Below, in pieces: positions 1 to 12,479 of a stretch of DNA of 64,000 bases. The stretch is from the NCBI GenBank assembly GCA_977017645.1, contig OZ360226.1:123566001-123630000 (forward strand), written 5' to 3'. Positions within the stretch are counted from its first letter, which is position 1; every line of letters starts with the position of its first letter. Source of the DNA: Torpedo marmorata. Its lineage: Eukaryota. Below the pieces are notes generated by a model. It ran no database searches, had not been told where the DNA came from, and worked only from the letters and a program-made list of their open reading frames with translations. A program made the position numbers and the translations under genes.

Positions 1-410
1 AGTGCAGATAACCTTTCTACTCATATTTGTAACTATCCACCATTGCAGCTACATCTTCCTTTGCTGAGACTTGGCAGCGTCATCTTCATTGGCAAAGACC
101 AATGTACTTATTTGTTACCTCAGGAATATCCAAAGCTTCCTTACAATATGTCCTTTTTGATTAGTGGTCAGCTCAGCTCCACTTACTGCCCATTAGTTTT
201 AACATAGAGAAGATATTTGAATTCTGTTTTATGTTTGTCACAAGTTGTCATACACTCTTTTTGTACCTCTTATTTTCTTCTATACTTCCCCAATGAACTT
301 TATTTTCTCACTCGTATAATCAACCGGACATCTGTCACAATGCTTTTTAAATGCTTTATTTTTTTTCTCTCTCACTCACTCTTCTCATCCAGGGAGCTGT
401 TTTAATCGCC
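1..410 (-). mobile_element. Highly degenerate CR1-like LINE ORF2 remnant
   Basis: Minus strand near 60-110 reads taagtacattggtctttgccaatgaagatgac, resembling the CR1 'LNKYFASVFT.ED' segment seen intact at ~22585-22620; no open frame. Confidence 0.4.
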
Positions 411-829
411 CTAATTAATTAATTAATTAATTGCTTTAATTATATAGCTCAGTAATTTCTAAGATTGCTCTCCAGCAGATGAATAAGAGTGCCAAGTAAA
501 AGACTAGCATAGGGCAGTCATGCAATGGGAATGGGAAACATCATCTTTCATGATGAAGACCTCTCTTGATGCATAGCTTTGTACTCTAGAAAGCAAGTTG
601 AGCCAGACTGCTGCTGCAGATTGTAAGTTCTGAAATCTACATCTGCATCTCTCAGGCTCAGCTCCTAGAATTTCTTGACAATGGGTATTTCATTAGTGAT
701 TAAGTCACTGAACCTGTTTTTCCCATGTTGCCGTTTGAAAGAACTAAGATACACAAAATAACATTTCAGTTTAGCACTGTAGATACTACATGGTGACTAA
801 AGTGTACTAGTATTTTGATAAAACCACAT

Positions 830-1050
830 CACAGCACAGTAGAGTTTCTTTGGCTCACAATTGTGCCCATTTTACATAAACCTATTCCACAATCAAACTA
901 ACCCTTGCCAACCTCACAGGCCACAACCGTCTTTTTTTTCTTATATCATGTGCCTGTTTTTTAAATGTCCCTACTGTATCAGCCTCTACCACCACCCCCA
1001 GCAGTGCATTCCAGTTACCCATCACTCTTTGTGTAAAAAACCTACCTCTT
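830..1050 (-). mobile_element. CR1 LINE 3'-end fragment
   Basis: accacccccagcagtgcattccagttacccatcactctttgtgtaaaaaa is the reverse complement of the CR1 'FFTQRVV..WN.LP..VV' coding end. Confidence 0.55.
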
Positions 1051-1479
1051 TTCATATGAACAATAAATTTCCTTAATTCTTAGACAACAACAGAATTTCT
1101 CTTGGTCATTGTTAAACTGTAAAAATATAGCCTTTTAAATTTAAACCAACAGGCCTGAACATAATTAATTCTAATCAAGATGCATTTCATGGGCATTATA
1201 CAGTTTATCTTATTCTGGTACTTCCACACCAACCTGCATCACCTTCAGCATCACTATGCCAAAGTTTTAATTAACTCAAAAAGATTTTTCTAATTAGTCT
1301 AGATATAACATTTCATTTTCATTGGTAGTAACCTAGATGCTACACTGAGTTTGGTGATCATGATCATTTTGTTTTGCAGAAACTACCAGGAGAAAAGCAG
1401 CTTGGATGTTTGAAGGATATAGACGTATTACATTCTTACCATTTTCTGAACATCTTCCTGCCCAACTTAGCTAACAAAG

Positions 1480-1940
1480 TTCTCAACCTACATCTGCACT
1501 TCCACTATTTCTGCTCTCATCCACATTCATTAAATCATCTTCAACAGGATCCTATTGCCAGACACATCTCCCCCTTGCTTTACTTTCTGAATTCCTAAGG
1601 GACGATTCTCTCTGTCTGATTCAATCTTCCATCTCCACCAACACCTCCTCCCTTCCCCTTTTCATGGTAACTGCAGGTGATTTAACACCTGCTTTTTAAC
1701 TTTTCTTTTGCTTATCCAGGGGTCTAAATTCCCTCCAAATGAAGCATCAATTTCTGTATTGTACTTCTTTCAATTTGGTGCACATAATGTGGTCTTCAGA
1801 AAACAAAAGATTGGGGTGAACTCTTTGCAGAGCACCCTCATTCAGTCTGCAAGGAAGGCCTTGAGTTTCCAGTTAGCTGTCACATTATTTCTCAATTCCA
1901 CACTCAACCTCTGTCTTTCATCTCTCATTGTATTCTAACA
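1480..1940 (+). mobile_element. Degenerate Penelope-like element remnant
   Basis: Patchy similarity to the Penelope copy at 5265-6530 (caggatcctattgccagacacatct..., agggacgattctctc..., ttggggtgaactctttgcagagcacc). Confidence 0.45.
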
Positions 1941-1944
1941 GAGA

Positions 1945-3070
1945 TTTATGAATGCAGAGTGATAGAGATTGCCTTTATGGACTTTAAGGCATTTGACAAG
2001 GTCCCATATGGTAGGCTGGGCCAGCAGGTTAAGGCATATGGGATCCAAGACAAGATGTCTGACTGTATCTAAAATTGGTGGTAGTGGAAGGTTGCTTTTT
2101 TGATTTTAAGCTTGAGACCAATAGTGTGCCATAGGGATTGGTGTGCCCAGAATCTTTAACATTCATGATGCATATTAATGACTTGGATGCGATTGCCGGG
2201 GGAATGATTGGTGAATTTGAAGTTGACACCAAAGTTGGTGGTGTTGTCGATAGCAAGGGAGGTTGTCTAAAGCTCCAAAAGAAAAGTTGGGTGTAGTGTT
2301 GGGAGATGGCAGAGGTGATAGATTTTGCGAAGTCAAATGAGTGTAGGACATGTACAGTAAATAGCAAGGTACTACAGAATGTTAATGAACAGAGGGACCT
2401 TGGGATTCAAGTCCATAGCTCACTGAAAATGTCAACACAGGTAGATAGGAGGGTAAACTGGGCACAAGCCTCACTTTCATAGGTTGGGGCATGGATTATA
2501 ATACTTGGGAGATTATGTTGAAACTTTACAAAAGATTAGTTGTTGCATTTGTAGTATTGATGGAGTTCTGGTTATCACACTATAGTAAGGATAGGTTGCG
2601 CTAGAGAGAGTACAGAGAAGATTCATCACACTGCAGTTTTTGTTGATTTTTCACTTACTTGCTGCCTGGATTGGATATCCTTTGTTATTGGGAGAGATTG
2701 GATGGGCTGCACTTGTTTTTCCTGGAACAAAGGATGCTGAGGGGTGACCTAATCGACATGCATGGATTAGACAGACAGAATTTATTTTTCCCATGGTAGG
2801 GATATTAAAAACAAGAAGGCATAGGTTTAACGTAAGAAGAAATAGTTTGAAAGGAGATTTGAAGATAAAGTTTTTGGCAGTTAGAGTGGCTGATATCTGG
2901 AACTCAGATATCACTTGCCAGCAGAGGTGGTGGTATGGGATATAATCACTATGTTTAAGAGACGTTTAAATAGATAACTGAATAGCGAGGCAGAGAAGGA
3001 TATGGACCTCAAGATGGCAAACTGGATTCATGTAGATGTGGAGAAAATGTTGGCCTGTGTGGGTCCTTCG
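1945..3070 (+). mobile_element. CR1 LINE, 5'-truncated, degenerate RT and 3' end
   Basis: atggactttaaggcatttgacaaggtcccatatgg (MDF.KAFDKVP), tttgaagttgacaccaaagttggtggtgtt (FADDTKIGG-like) and a CR1-type C-terminus; many stops and frameshifts. Confidence 0.75.
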
Positions 3071-3525
3071 GCCGCAAGTCGCTAGCAGCCCACAGCTTGT
3101 GTGAGTCAAGTCACCGACTGCATGCAGCTTGGGTGGGTCTTTCAGCCACTGAGCCCCTTGCTGGTCCGCTGCTGTGGTCACTGTCCTGTTGGGATGTCTG
3201 TTCTGATTCTCCTTCTTAACAAGGGGGTGTTCTAACCGTTTCTTGTGCCCTGCACCGGTCCGCTGCTCCCCCAGAATCTTCAACCCCTCGTGGCCGCTGC
3301 CGAGCATAGGCGCCGTCATGTTGGGCGCAGACCTCTGTGGTTGCAGGATTTTAATTAAAAGCACCATCATCTCCTTTAGTACGCTATTTAAAGCCTGTAC
3401 TGAGCAGTCAGCATTAGGACTGGAGGGTTAGACCCTGTGGAGCAGTGCAGTGTCTCCGCTCTGCGCTGTCCTGGTTCCACACCAGCAGCACTCTGCCGTT
3501 ATAGCAGCTTCAGCAGCGCCATCAT
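3070..3525. repeat. Unclassified GC/CpG-rich segment, probably repeat-derived
   Basis: Abrupt rise in GC and CpG between two CR1 fragments; no recognisable protein motif in the 134-aa minus ORF. Confidence 0.3.
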
Positions 3526-3574
3526 AAAACATAAAAAGTAAACACACAACATGTTTCTAAAACATAAAAAGAAA

Positions 3575-5150
3575 ACACACAACATAAAGAGAAGCAGCCC
3601 TAACACTGAACCCTATGGAACAGCACTAGTAACTGGCAACCAACCAGAATATGATCCCTGTATCCAACTCTCTGTTTCCTTCCAATCAGCCAATGCTCTA
3701 CACATGCTCGTATGTATCCCGTTATACCACTGGCTCTTAACTTGTTAAGTAGCCTCATGTGCGGCACCTTGTCAAAGGCCTTCTGAAAATCCAAATTCAA
3801 AACATCCATGTTGTCTTTGGCCTATCCTGTCATGCGCCTCTAAGTACTCCATAACCTCATCCTTGACAATCGACTCCAACATCTTCCCAACCACAGGCTA
3901 GCCGGTCTATAATTTATTTTCTGCTGTCTCCCTCCGTTCCATCACTGGAGAGGCATCTGCGATTTTTCAGTCCTCCAGAACCATGCCAGAATCTATTGAT
4001 TCCTGAAAGATCATTACCAATGCCTTCACAATCTCTAAAGCTAACTCTTTCAGAACCCAAGGGTGAGAGACATCTACCCTTAGACCATTCAGCTTTCTGA
4101 GCACCTTGTGCCCTGTAATAGTAACTGCACTCACTTCCCTTCCCTGATACTCTTGGACATCCAGCACAATGTTAATGTTTTCTACAGTGAAGATTGATGC
4201 AAAATACTCGTTTAGCTCCTCAGCCATCTCCTTGTCTCCCATTATTATTTCTCCAGTGTCATTTTCTAGTGGTCCTATATCTCTCTCGCTTCTTTTTTAC
4301 TCTTTAGATACTTGAAGAAGCCTTTTGTATCCTCTGATATTATTTGCTAGCTTACTTTCATACTATACCTTTTCCCTCCTTGTCAGTTTTTAGTTGTTTC
4401 CTGCAAGTTTTTAAAAGCTTCCCAATCCTTGATCTTTCTACTAATTTTTGCTTCTTTGTATGCCCTCCCTTTTGCTTGTACGTTGTCTTTTACTTCCCTT
4501 GTCAGCCACAATTGTGACATTTTTCCATTCGAATATTTCTTCTTTTTTGGTATGTATTTATGCTGCACCCTCAGAAATCCATCCATTGCTGCTCTACCGT
4601 CCTCCCTTCTAGAACCCCCTTTCAATCCACTTTGGCCAGTTCCCTCTCATGCAACTATAATTCCCTTTACTCCACTGAATACCGACTTTAGTCTCTCCTC
4701 GTTAAATTTCAAATTGAACATATTGGGATCACTGCCCCGCAGGGTTCCTTTACTCTAAGCTCTCCAATCACCTCTGGTGTATTACACAACACCCACCAGT
4801 CCAGCCAATCCCCTAGTTGGTTCATCAACAAGCTACTCTAATACGCCAACCCGCAGGCACTCTACAAATTCCCTCTCCTGAGATCCAGCCCCAACCAATG
4901 CTGGTGGATTGCATTAATGTGCAATCTACCAGCACGTTAAAATCCTCCATGACCATCATCACGCTGCCCCTCTGACAAGCATTCTTTATTTGCTGTTGCA
5001 ATTTGTTGTTCACCCCCTGGCTACTGTTTGGAGATCTGTATATAATTGTCAACAGTGTCCTTTTACCTTGCCATTTCTTAACTCAACCCACAACGATTCC
5101 ATATCTTCTGATCCGATGTCATGTCTTTCTAATGATTTAATGTTATTCCT
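3575..5150 (-). mobile_element. CR1 LINE ORF2 fragment (endonuclease to RT, internally deleted)
   Basis: Minus ORFs give IYRSPNSS...EDFN (APE endonuclease), MAEELNEYFASIFTVEN, and LDFQKAFDKVPHMRLLNKL (RT); related to the copy at 21238-24325. Confidence 0.85.
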
Positions 5151-5507
5151 GTTATTTGTGCTCACCAACTCCATGATCCCACAACATAAGCTCAAGGAAA
5201 ATCAACTTGCCTTGCAGTCCTATGGACTCCACTCCAAATTCAACAATTAAGTAAAACCAGCCTTGGAAACTCAAACTCACCTGGTCCATCTCCGATAACA
5301 CTCTCCCCCTTCCTGGATCTCTCTGTCTCCATCTCAGGAGACAAGCTTTCCACCGACATTTACTACAAACCCTCCAACTCCCACAACTATCTGGATTACA
5401 CTTCCTCACACCCTGTCCCCTGCAAGGATTCCATCCCCTTCTCTCAATTTCTCCATCTCTGCCGCATCTGTTCCCAAGATGAGGTCTTCCAGTCCAGATC
5501 TTCTGAA

Positions 5508-6233
5508 ATGTCTGCCTTCTTCCACAAACATGGCTTCCCCTCCACCACCATCAACTCAGCCCTCACCTCCTCCATTTCCCACTCATCTGCCCTGGCCCCC
5601 TCTGCCCCCAGACGCAACAAACATAGAATCCCCCTCATCCTCACCTACCACCCCACCAGCTTCCCCATCCAACACATTATCTGCTGGAATTTCCAGCACT
5701 TACTACAGGATCCCACCACCAGACACATTTTTCCTTCTCCTCCCCTCTCGGCCTTCCGCAGGGACCGCTCCCTCCGCGATTCCCTCGTGCACTCATCCCT
5801 CTCCACCCATCGCACCCCCGGCACCTTCTCCTGTGCCCGCAGGAGGTGCAACACTTGCGCCCACACCTCCCCCCTCACCTCGGTCCGGGGCCCCAAACAG
5901 GCCTTTCAAGTGAAGCTACACTTCACTTGTACATCCAGAGAACTTATTTACTGCATCCGGTGCTCCCTTTGTGGCATTCTCTACATTGGAGAGATCGGTC
6001 GTAGATTGGGAGATCGCTTCGCTGAGCACCTCCTCTCCATCCGCAACAACAGCGACCTCCCAGTAGCCAACCATTTCAATTCCGAGTCACACTCCCACAC
6101 TCACATGTCTGTCCATGGCCTTATGTACTATCCCACCCAGACTACCCGCAAATTGGAGGAACAATATCTTATTTTCCGTCTGGGCACTCTCCAGCCAGGT
6201 GGCATTAACATTGACTTTTCTGCTTTCCACTAA
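5508..6233 (+). pseudogene. Partial PLE ORF (RT thumb plus GIY-YIG endonuclease), 241 aa
   Basis: ORF track; upstream RT portion frameshifted and truncated. Confidence 0.8.
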
Positions 6234-6420
6234 ACCTGCTTGCCTTTTCCTTCCCCTCCCCCCTCATCTGTCCTTCTTGTTTTTTTCCACCCACCCAGCC
6301 ATCCCTCCTCCCCCTCTTTGCTGCTGTCCCCTCCCTCCTTTCTCCACCTATCATCTCCTGCCTTTGCCACCCCCCCTTCCCCCCCTCACTCTTTTGTTCG
6401 GACGCCTGCCGGCATTTTTT

Positions 6421-6461
6421 CATACTTTGATGAAGGGCTCAAGCCCGAAACGTCGGTTATG
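6421..6461 (+). ncRNA. Minimal type I hammerhead ribozyme motif in PLE 3' terminal region
   Basis: catact-TTGATGA-a-GGGC-tcaa-GCCC-GAAA-cg-TC-ggttatg: core (C3 is U here), 4-bp stem II, palindromic ACGT in place of helix III, stem I catact/ggttatg with one bulge. Confidence 0.7.
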
Positions 6462-6534
6462 TATTTCTACCTTTGCTACATAAAAGACACTGTTTGACCT
6501 GCTGAGTTTCTCCAGCATTTGTGGTTTTCACTTG

Positions 6535-6990
6535 GAAACTTATTAATTCACCAGTTCCGATGTAAGATCATCTATCTGTCACATCAACTTTCTTTGTCTC
6601 TCACTACAGTTGCTGTCTGACTACTGTATTTCTAGCACACACTTTCATTTCAGATTTCCAGCAGTTGGAACAGTTTATTGCACATTGTCACACATTTCTC
6701 TTTGTTCTCATTCACTGCCTTCTATTTACTCCTCTTACAGACATTTGTTCATCAAATGTTCATCACTTTTCATAGCCACACCCCACTCAGCAACACAACC
6801 ACTTGTGTCATTCATCCTTTTCTGCACCCTATCACAAACATTCTCTTTGATTTTTTTCAAGCTTCCCTCTCTGCCAATTTCTAACTTCTCCTAATTCTGA
6901 TACAGGTCATTAACCTGAACATTAACTGTTTCTCTCTCCACAAATCCTGCCTGATCTGCTCCTTTTCCAGCATTTCCTGTTTTTTTAAAT
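6535..6990 (+). repeat. Older PLE 3'-tail remnants in tandem
   Basis: Two decayed tail motifs (tgctgtctgactactgtatttctagca...; ttctgatacaggtcattaacctgaac...tgcctgatctgctccttttccagcattt). Confidence 0.45.
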
Positions 6991-8409
6991 CAAAATATCA
7001 TGTATGGCCTATTAACCACCATGCCAGCTGTTTTCTGCACTTCTCTGGATAACCATTTGTTGCAATTTTCATTGTAATTTGCCCTACCCATTCCCCAACT
7101 CAACTTGAATTTAATTGGCTACATTCCTGCCCACCTGACCAGTCCATGGATATCAATATGAAGTCAACAGTTCTGTTTTCCACAATTAATTACAAGGGCC
7201 TATTGTCTCAACTGCAGCTTCTTAAATATGAAGGGCATATTTAAATCTAAAAGTAGTGATACAGATTGCAGAAAAATAATGGATAATGCTGAAACCAGTG
7301 ACAAAAACAGTGAGACCCGCTGAGTTCCTTCAGCATTTCTGTGTTTTTAATACAATCACAGCGTTTGCACTTTTGTGTTTTACTCCTGTCATCCATTCGC
7401 ATTTGTTTCCTGGATTTTGGATCCAACACCACATTGCCTTGGACCTCATGGGGTTTTACATTTCCAGTTAGTCAGCCATCTAAAGTCTTATTGAAAGTTG
7501 AACTAAACTATGCATACTGTATCAAATGTATCCATTATCTCCTCAATAAATCTGATCAACAGGAACTCCTCCACACAAATCCACAGATTTTCCTTGATCA
7601 AACTGTTCTTTTTTAATGATAAATAATATTTTCACACAGAACATTTTCCAATAACTTTCCTGCTTATCACAGTTAGGCTGACTATTGTGTAATTACTCTT
7701 CTAATCTCTTCTCACTTTAGAATCATCATCCTCTGGCACAACACCTGTAGCCAGATTGGATTGGAATGCTATTGTTGGAACCTCTGCTATTTTTTCCCTT
7801 GCATATTTTAAAGGAATTATTGGGGATGTTTGAAACGTTTATTAAGTCCTACATTCTTGATACGAAGGGTGGCTCCATCAACAATCTGTGAAAGGCGGTC
7901 AAGATATTCCATGCAGGAGGGATTATCATCCTCATGTATAATCCATCAAGGCCTCGCTATGCTATGCTGCCCAATTTCAGAATCAGGAGGCCCAGAATGA
8001 TTGCTCAATCCAAAACTCATACTGTCTTATATCATCCACACTTAATCAAGTTTAAATCAGAAGAGGCTGAAGGGGGAAGTTCATAAGTAGCAGTGGTTGC
8101 GTTCAATCTGCTTTTTGCACTGATTCTTATCATCTTTGCACAATGGTTCTGAGGTGCAATTTTGACAATATTTTTAAAGATGGCATCCAACAGATTTCCA
8201 ACAGAAGTGCCTGTAAATCGTGGATCTCAATCTGCCGGAAAGACTAAGTACTAATTAAAACAAGGCTAAGTTTTAAACATGTATCTTCCAATTTGCTGAA
8301 CCTCTAATATATATATCCTCCCCATTTAATTTCACCCTTCTAGGCAGTGAACTGGAACTCTTGATTGTAATTATTCTCTGAGTTAAAAACAACGTTTGTC
8401 ATAGGGAAA

Positions 8410-8748
8410 ATGATATGGAAAAAGACCCTTCAGCCTAATGCATCCACATTGTCCGTCAAACGGCCATTTACCCTACTCCTGCATTAATTCCACTTTTGAT
8501 TCTCCACACATTCTTATCAACTTCTCCTGGATTCTACCACTCACCTACACACTCAGAGCAATTTGAACCGGTCAATTAACCTACCAACTCGCACATCATT
8601 GGGATGTTGGGGGAAACTAAAGTACCTGGAGAAAACCCATGCAGTCACCGGGAGAACATGAAGAGTCCACACAGATAGCACCCAAGGTCAGAATTGAACC
8701 TGGGTCTCTGGAGCTGTGAGGTAATGGTTCGACTAGCTGTGCCGCTGT
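8410..8748 (-). mobile_element. V-SINE/HE1-like SINE, older subfamily
   Basis: Reverse complement shows a tRNA-like head (ggcacagctagtcg...ggttcaattct) and a V-domain-like core (tgttctcccggtgactgcatgggttttctccaggtac). Confidence 0.65.
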
Positions 8749-10247
8749 ATCTCCCCTCTCATTCTTCATGGTACCATTTACCGCAAATATTAAATCCATT
8801 TCCAAGTCATTCAACTATCTACTAATGGGAATAGTATCCATTTATTCTATAAAAAATAATTATGATGTCATACAGCATCATCAAATTCCCTTCACTTCAA
8901 CATCCTGCTTCTGTCCAGTGCACCAACTGCTCCATGCATTCCTAAATCCTATCATAAATTTTCCATTCCCATCTGTCAGAGGTACTGATGCAGGTAGGTC
9001 TCTGGGACCGTCCTCACCCTGCTCTTCAAATTAATAAAACCTCAAAGACCCCAAAATCTCCATTTTTGTTATTGTGTCTGACGTTAAATTTTCTGCATTT
9101 TAACATTTGTCCAGCCTGTTCTGGGTACACGTAAAATTCCAGGTCCATGTCTCACTAAAATAAAAAAATTAGGATTAATCAGATAATAAAATAGGACAGG
9201 TATTTATGATTCTAAAAACAATTTACACTTTGAAATCCTTAATAACTCCTCCTGTGAGGAAATTGCACATGTAAAAGATTTGTTGATGATTCAAAATTTC
9301 AAAATCATCAACTGTGAACTGGAACTAATTGTAAAAAAAAAGAAAAGACCAGAATGAACAATCGATTAAAAATATTACCAAAATCTTTACTTGATTCTAT
9401 ATTATGGTTGAAATGATCTCCAGAAGGGTTTCTTGAGTTGAAATGTGAATTAAAATGTGATTACAAAACAATGTAATAACATTAGTTGGTTTATGCACCA
9501 ATCAGAGCTTGAGGATACACAGTCTTCACAAATTGCCAATTACTGAGAGTTTCATAAAGATCTAAAATGTATTTCTAATAAAAAAAATCAGTTGAATAAT
9601 GACTGCTTGCAATTCATCATCAATTATATTCCAACACCAGGTGCTAGCGAGCTGAACCAGGTCCCATTCACATGGCGGCCTAAAAAAGATCAGCCTATTC
9701 ACACCATACTGCACTAGAATATAATATTACAGCTCTAGATTTCTTTTCTTTGACATACTGAAAGATGCAAGTACTTGTTTTTGCTCTCTTTTTTTCCCAA
9801 CAAGGTTCAATGTAAGCTGTCCTGATCTGCTTTCCAGATATATGCCTCACAGACTTAGATAACATTCTTAATGAGCATGGAGCTGGCCTGAAACAAATGT
9901 GAATCTTCATCAATCTGCAAATAGGAAATTTACAGCTAACTGTAAGAACCAAATAAACTACATGCAGATGAAAGCAAGTCTGTATTGTCTGCACACTCTC
10001 ATTTTACTCTTGGTGTTGAGCTTTTCTTCAGGGGTCCCTGATAGGACCTTTGGAGGCCAATCCAATGAAATCCCATACTAGAACACACTACAAAATTGTT
10101 GGTGTTGAACAGTTACACCTGAAAAAGATTTTACATTTAAATAATTCAACAAAAGCAATTCTACAAATTTGTTTACATGCCTATCATCATGGATTTTCTT
10201 TTCCCCTCAGAAGCTCCTCTGGCAGAATAACATGTTTGAAAACTAAC

Positions 10248-10372
10248 CATAGTCTTCTGCAGACTTCAGTAGGACTTCAGGATGTATGGATCCAAAGGCA
10301 TTACGTATGAATCTGCGCCTGCGACGCAAGTCATCTTCCCAGTAGTCCAGGCGCCAAAAATCATGTTGCTGG
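10248..10372 (-). CDS. NBEA: Internal coding exon of neurobeachin (125 bp; DUF1088-proximal region upstream of PH-BEACH)
   Basis: Minus strand: tgttttgtgttttcAG|C CAG CAA CAT GAT...GAC TAT G|GTTAGT; encodes (S)QQHDFWRLDYWEDDLRRRRRFIRNAFGSIHPEVLLKSAEDY(G). From memory, 'HDFWRLDY' and 'RNAFGS...YG' fit NBEA better than LRBA (RNPLGS). Canonical AG/GT sites; 1 nt + 41 codons + 1 nt. Confidence 0.9.
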
Positions 10373-11839
10373 CTGAAAACACAAAACAGACACACATATT
10401 CATTCTTCTGAAAATTATATTCAAAGAGACTGCAGATTGAACTATATAACTCATTAGAAAGATAGAGCATGTTTTGCGTTAAAAGAACAAATTCACTTTG
10501 AGACATAAATAACAATAAAACAGTCGAGAAATGTATGAAAGAAAACTGCAGTTACAAATGTAAAGGCAAAAATGCATCAGCAGTTATTTGTGTCAATCCA
10601 CATAAGACTTAACTGCTGAATTGCTTTCTCTTCTTGATATATATTCAAACATCATTCATGTACAATTTGAACAAATTGGCTTTTTTGCAATAATTTCTGT
10701 TGCCATAAGTAGTATTAACAAACTGAACTTCCCCAAGTCATAAGGCAATACAAACTGCCATCAACATAAATCAGAGCAAGACCATTAACAAATACAGCAT
10801 CAAATTACATTTATAAATGGCACAGCTTGCCTCCTTTTACAGTGTTTTTTAACAAGGCTTGTAAATCATGCAATAGGACCTCAAACCAAACAGCATGCCA
10901 TTTAATGACTCTAGTCCCTCTGCAGACTGAACTTGGAACCATAAAATATTGCTTTACTTGAGGTTGAAGAATCATGATTAAAATAATGTGTTGAAATATT
11001 CATTGAAATAATTCCCACAGGCGAAATGCAACCGGAGAAAATTGCAATTTTATTCATTATTAATAAAGCCGAGTTAAAGCTCAAAAAGTTCTAGCATGTG
11101 GTAATTGTCTGGATAAATTATTATTACAACATTATTGAAGGCCTTGTATAATACTTTAAGCTTTCAATTAACCCCTTCATGCCCAGTGAAATTTTGTTTC
11201 TGAAGAGCATATTTTTATTTACTGTAAACATTCCATTACAAGAAATAGGTTGCGACACAATATGCCCTCTGTGAGATTCAGATCTGTGCGTCAGACAAGG
11301 ATTATTAAAGTTTCCATATTATGTACCTTATTGGTAGTAATGATCCTGTAGTGGAAAACAGACACAAAGCTAATTTGACATTTTGCAACAGTTCCAGTGG
11401 GATCAGCAGCATATTAGAGAGAAACTCTTCAAAAAAAAAGTTATACTGCAGTACAGGTACTTTGATGAAATTACAATCATGAGCTGGTTAAAAACAGGCA
11501 ATGAATCTTCACCAAATCTCTTACCAATCCCTCGTTTGATTGGAAATGGGTTGCCTACTTATCCACTTAAACACAGAAGACCAGTGTGCAGGGGATGTTC
11601 ACTGCACAAGAGGAAAAGCTGAAGAGGAATCCATGCCAACTTAAGGTTAAAATTGTAATACCTGTGCTTTCAGCTCTGTTCTCGAAATAAGGTATTGAAT
11701 TTTTTTTTTTCAGTTGGTGTTGGTTAATGGAGGAATGTTGGCTGGGAAATTATATTCTCTGCTCTCAATACATTGTTAAATCTACAGATTGCCAGTGAAA
11801 CTTTTCTCCATCAATGAGTGCAAGAATTACAAGAAAAAT

Positions 11840-12190
11840 GCATCATAGAAACTAACATCTCAGGAGATGGCCATCTGCCCCATTTATGTTGAGAAAGATC
11901 TATACAGTCTAATCTTACCCTTCAGCACTCGGTCTACTCGCCTGCAGGTCATGTTTCTTCAGGTCCATGTCTGAACACAGTTTCAATGCAGAGGGAGCTT
12001 CTGCCAGCACCATCCTTTCACCTAGTGATTCCAGATCCCTATCAGCATATGGGTGAAAAAATATTTCCTCATCTCTCTTTTGATCCTACAGGACCTAAAA
12101 GCCTATTAAACACAGTGATTGTCTCTGATTCCACCACCTTCTCTGGCAGTGGGTTTCAGGTATCAACTACTCACAGTGTAAATTTTTTTT
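11840..12190 (-). mobile_element. CR1 LINE 3'-end fragment
   Basis: gtgattgtctctgattccaccaccttctctggcagtgggtttcagg is the reverse complement of the CR1 C-terminal coding segment. Confidence 0.55.
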
Positions 12191-12479
12191 AACAGTAATT
12201 GTGGAAGTGCAGTTGGGCATCAAGCACACTTATTCAGAGGCCACAATTAATGGTGCATGTACACGAGTTCAAAATCTAACAAAAGATAAACCAACTATCT
12301 GGCAGAGACCTCAGCAATGGATCTGCACACGTTATTACACGACCAGCTCTGTTGACCCTGCAAAATCATTCTCAATGATCTCTAATAATTCGTGCAAATA
12401 TTTTGTGAGCTCTCCCATGAAAGTCATGATTATACAGTGATATCTTTAAGACAATTTTCCTGATTCTTCTGTTACTTGG

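Larger units (their letters stand above)
5265..6532 (+). mobile_element. Penelope-like element (Neptune-type), 5'-truncated: RT C-terminus, GIY-YIG endonuclease and 3' tail
   Basis: ORF 5508-6233 has a Cys-rich linker (CARRRCNTC, FTCTS) and a GIY-YIG motif (LIYCIRCSLCGILYIGEIGRRLGDRFAEH...VANHFN...LEEQYLIFRLGTLQPGGIN); pyrimidine-rich UTR and tail ...gacctgctgagtttctccagcatttgtg. Confidence 0.9.

Noticed and set aside
412-432. (TAAT)n run, and poly-G at ~13268-13280
   Set aside because: Short simple repeats with no supporting context.
5479-5913. Pro/Ser-rich ORFs (also 32429-33232)
   Set aside because: Alternative-frame readings of C-rich Penelope sequence.
7800-8250. Possible additional NBEA exon or nested MAB21L gene in non-repetitive stretches
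   Set aside because: No ORF or splice-bounded segment resembling the neighbouring NBEA exons or a ~360-aa MAB21L ORF was found by eye or in the ORF track.
10243-10515. 90-aa ORF as a standalone gene, or an LRBA exon
   Set aside because: Similarity is confined between the AG and GT splice sites; recalled diagnostic residues favour NBEA, though this needs a search.
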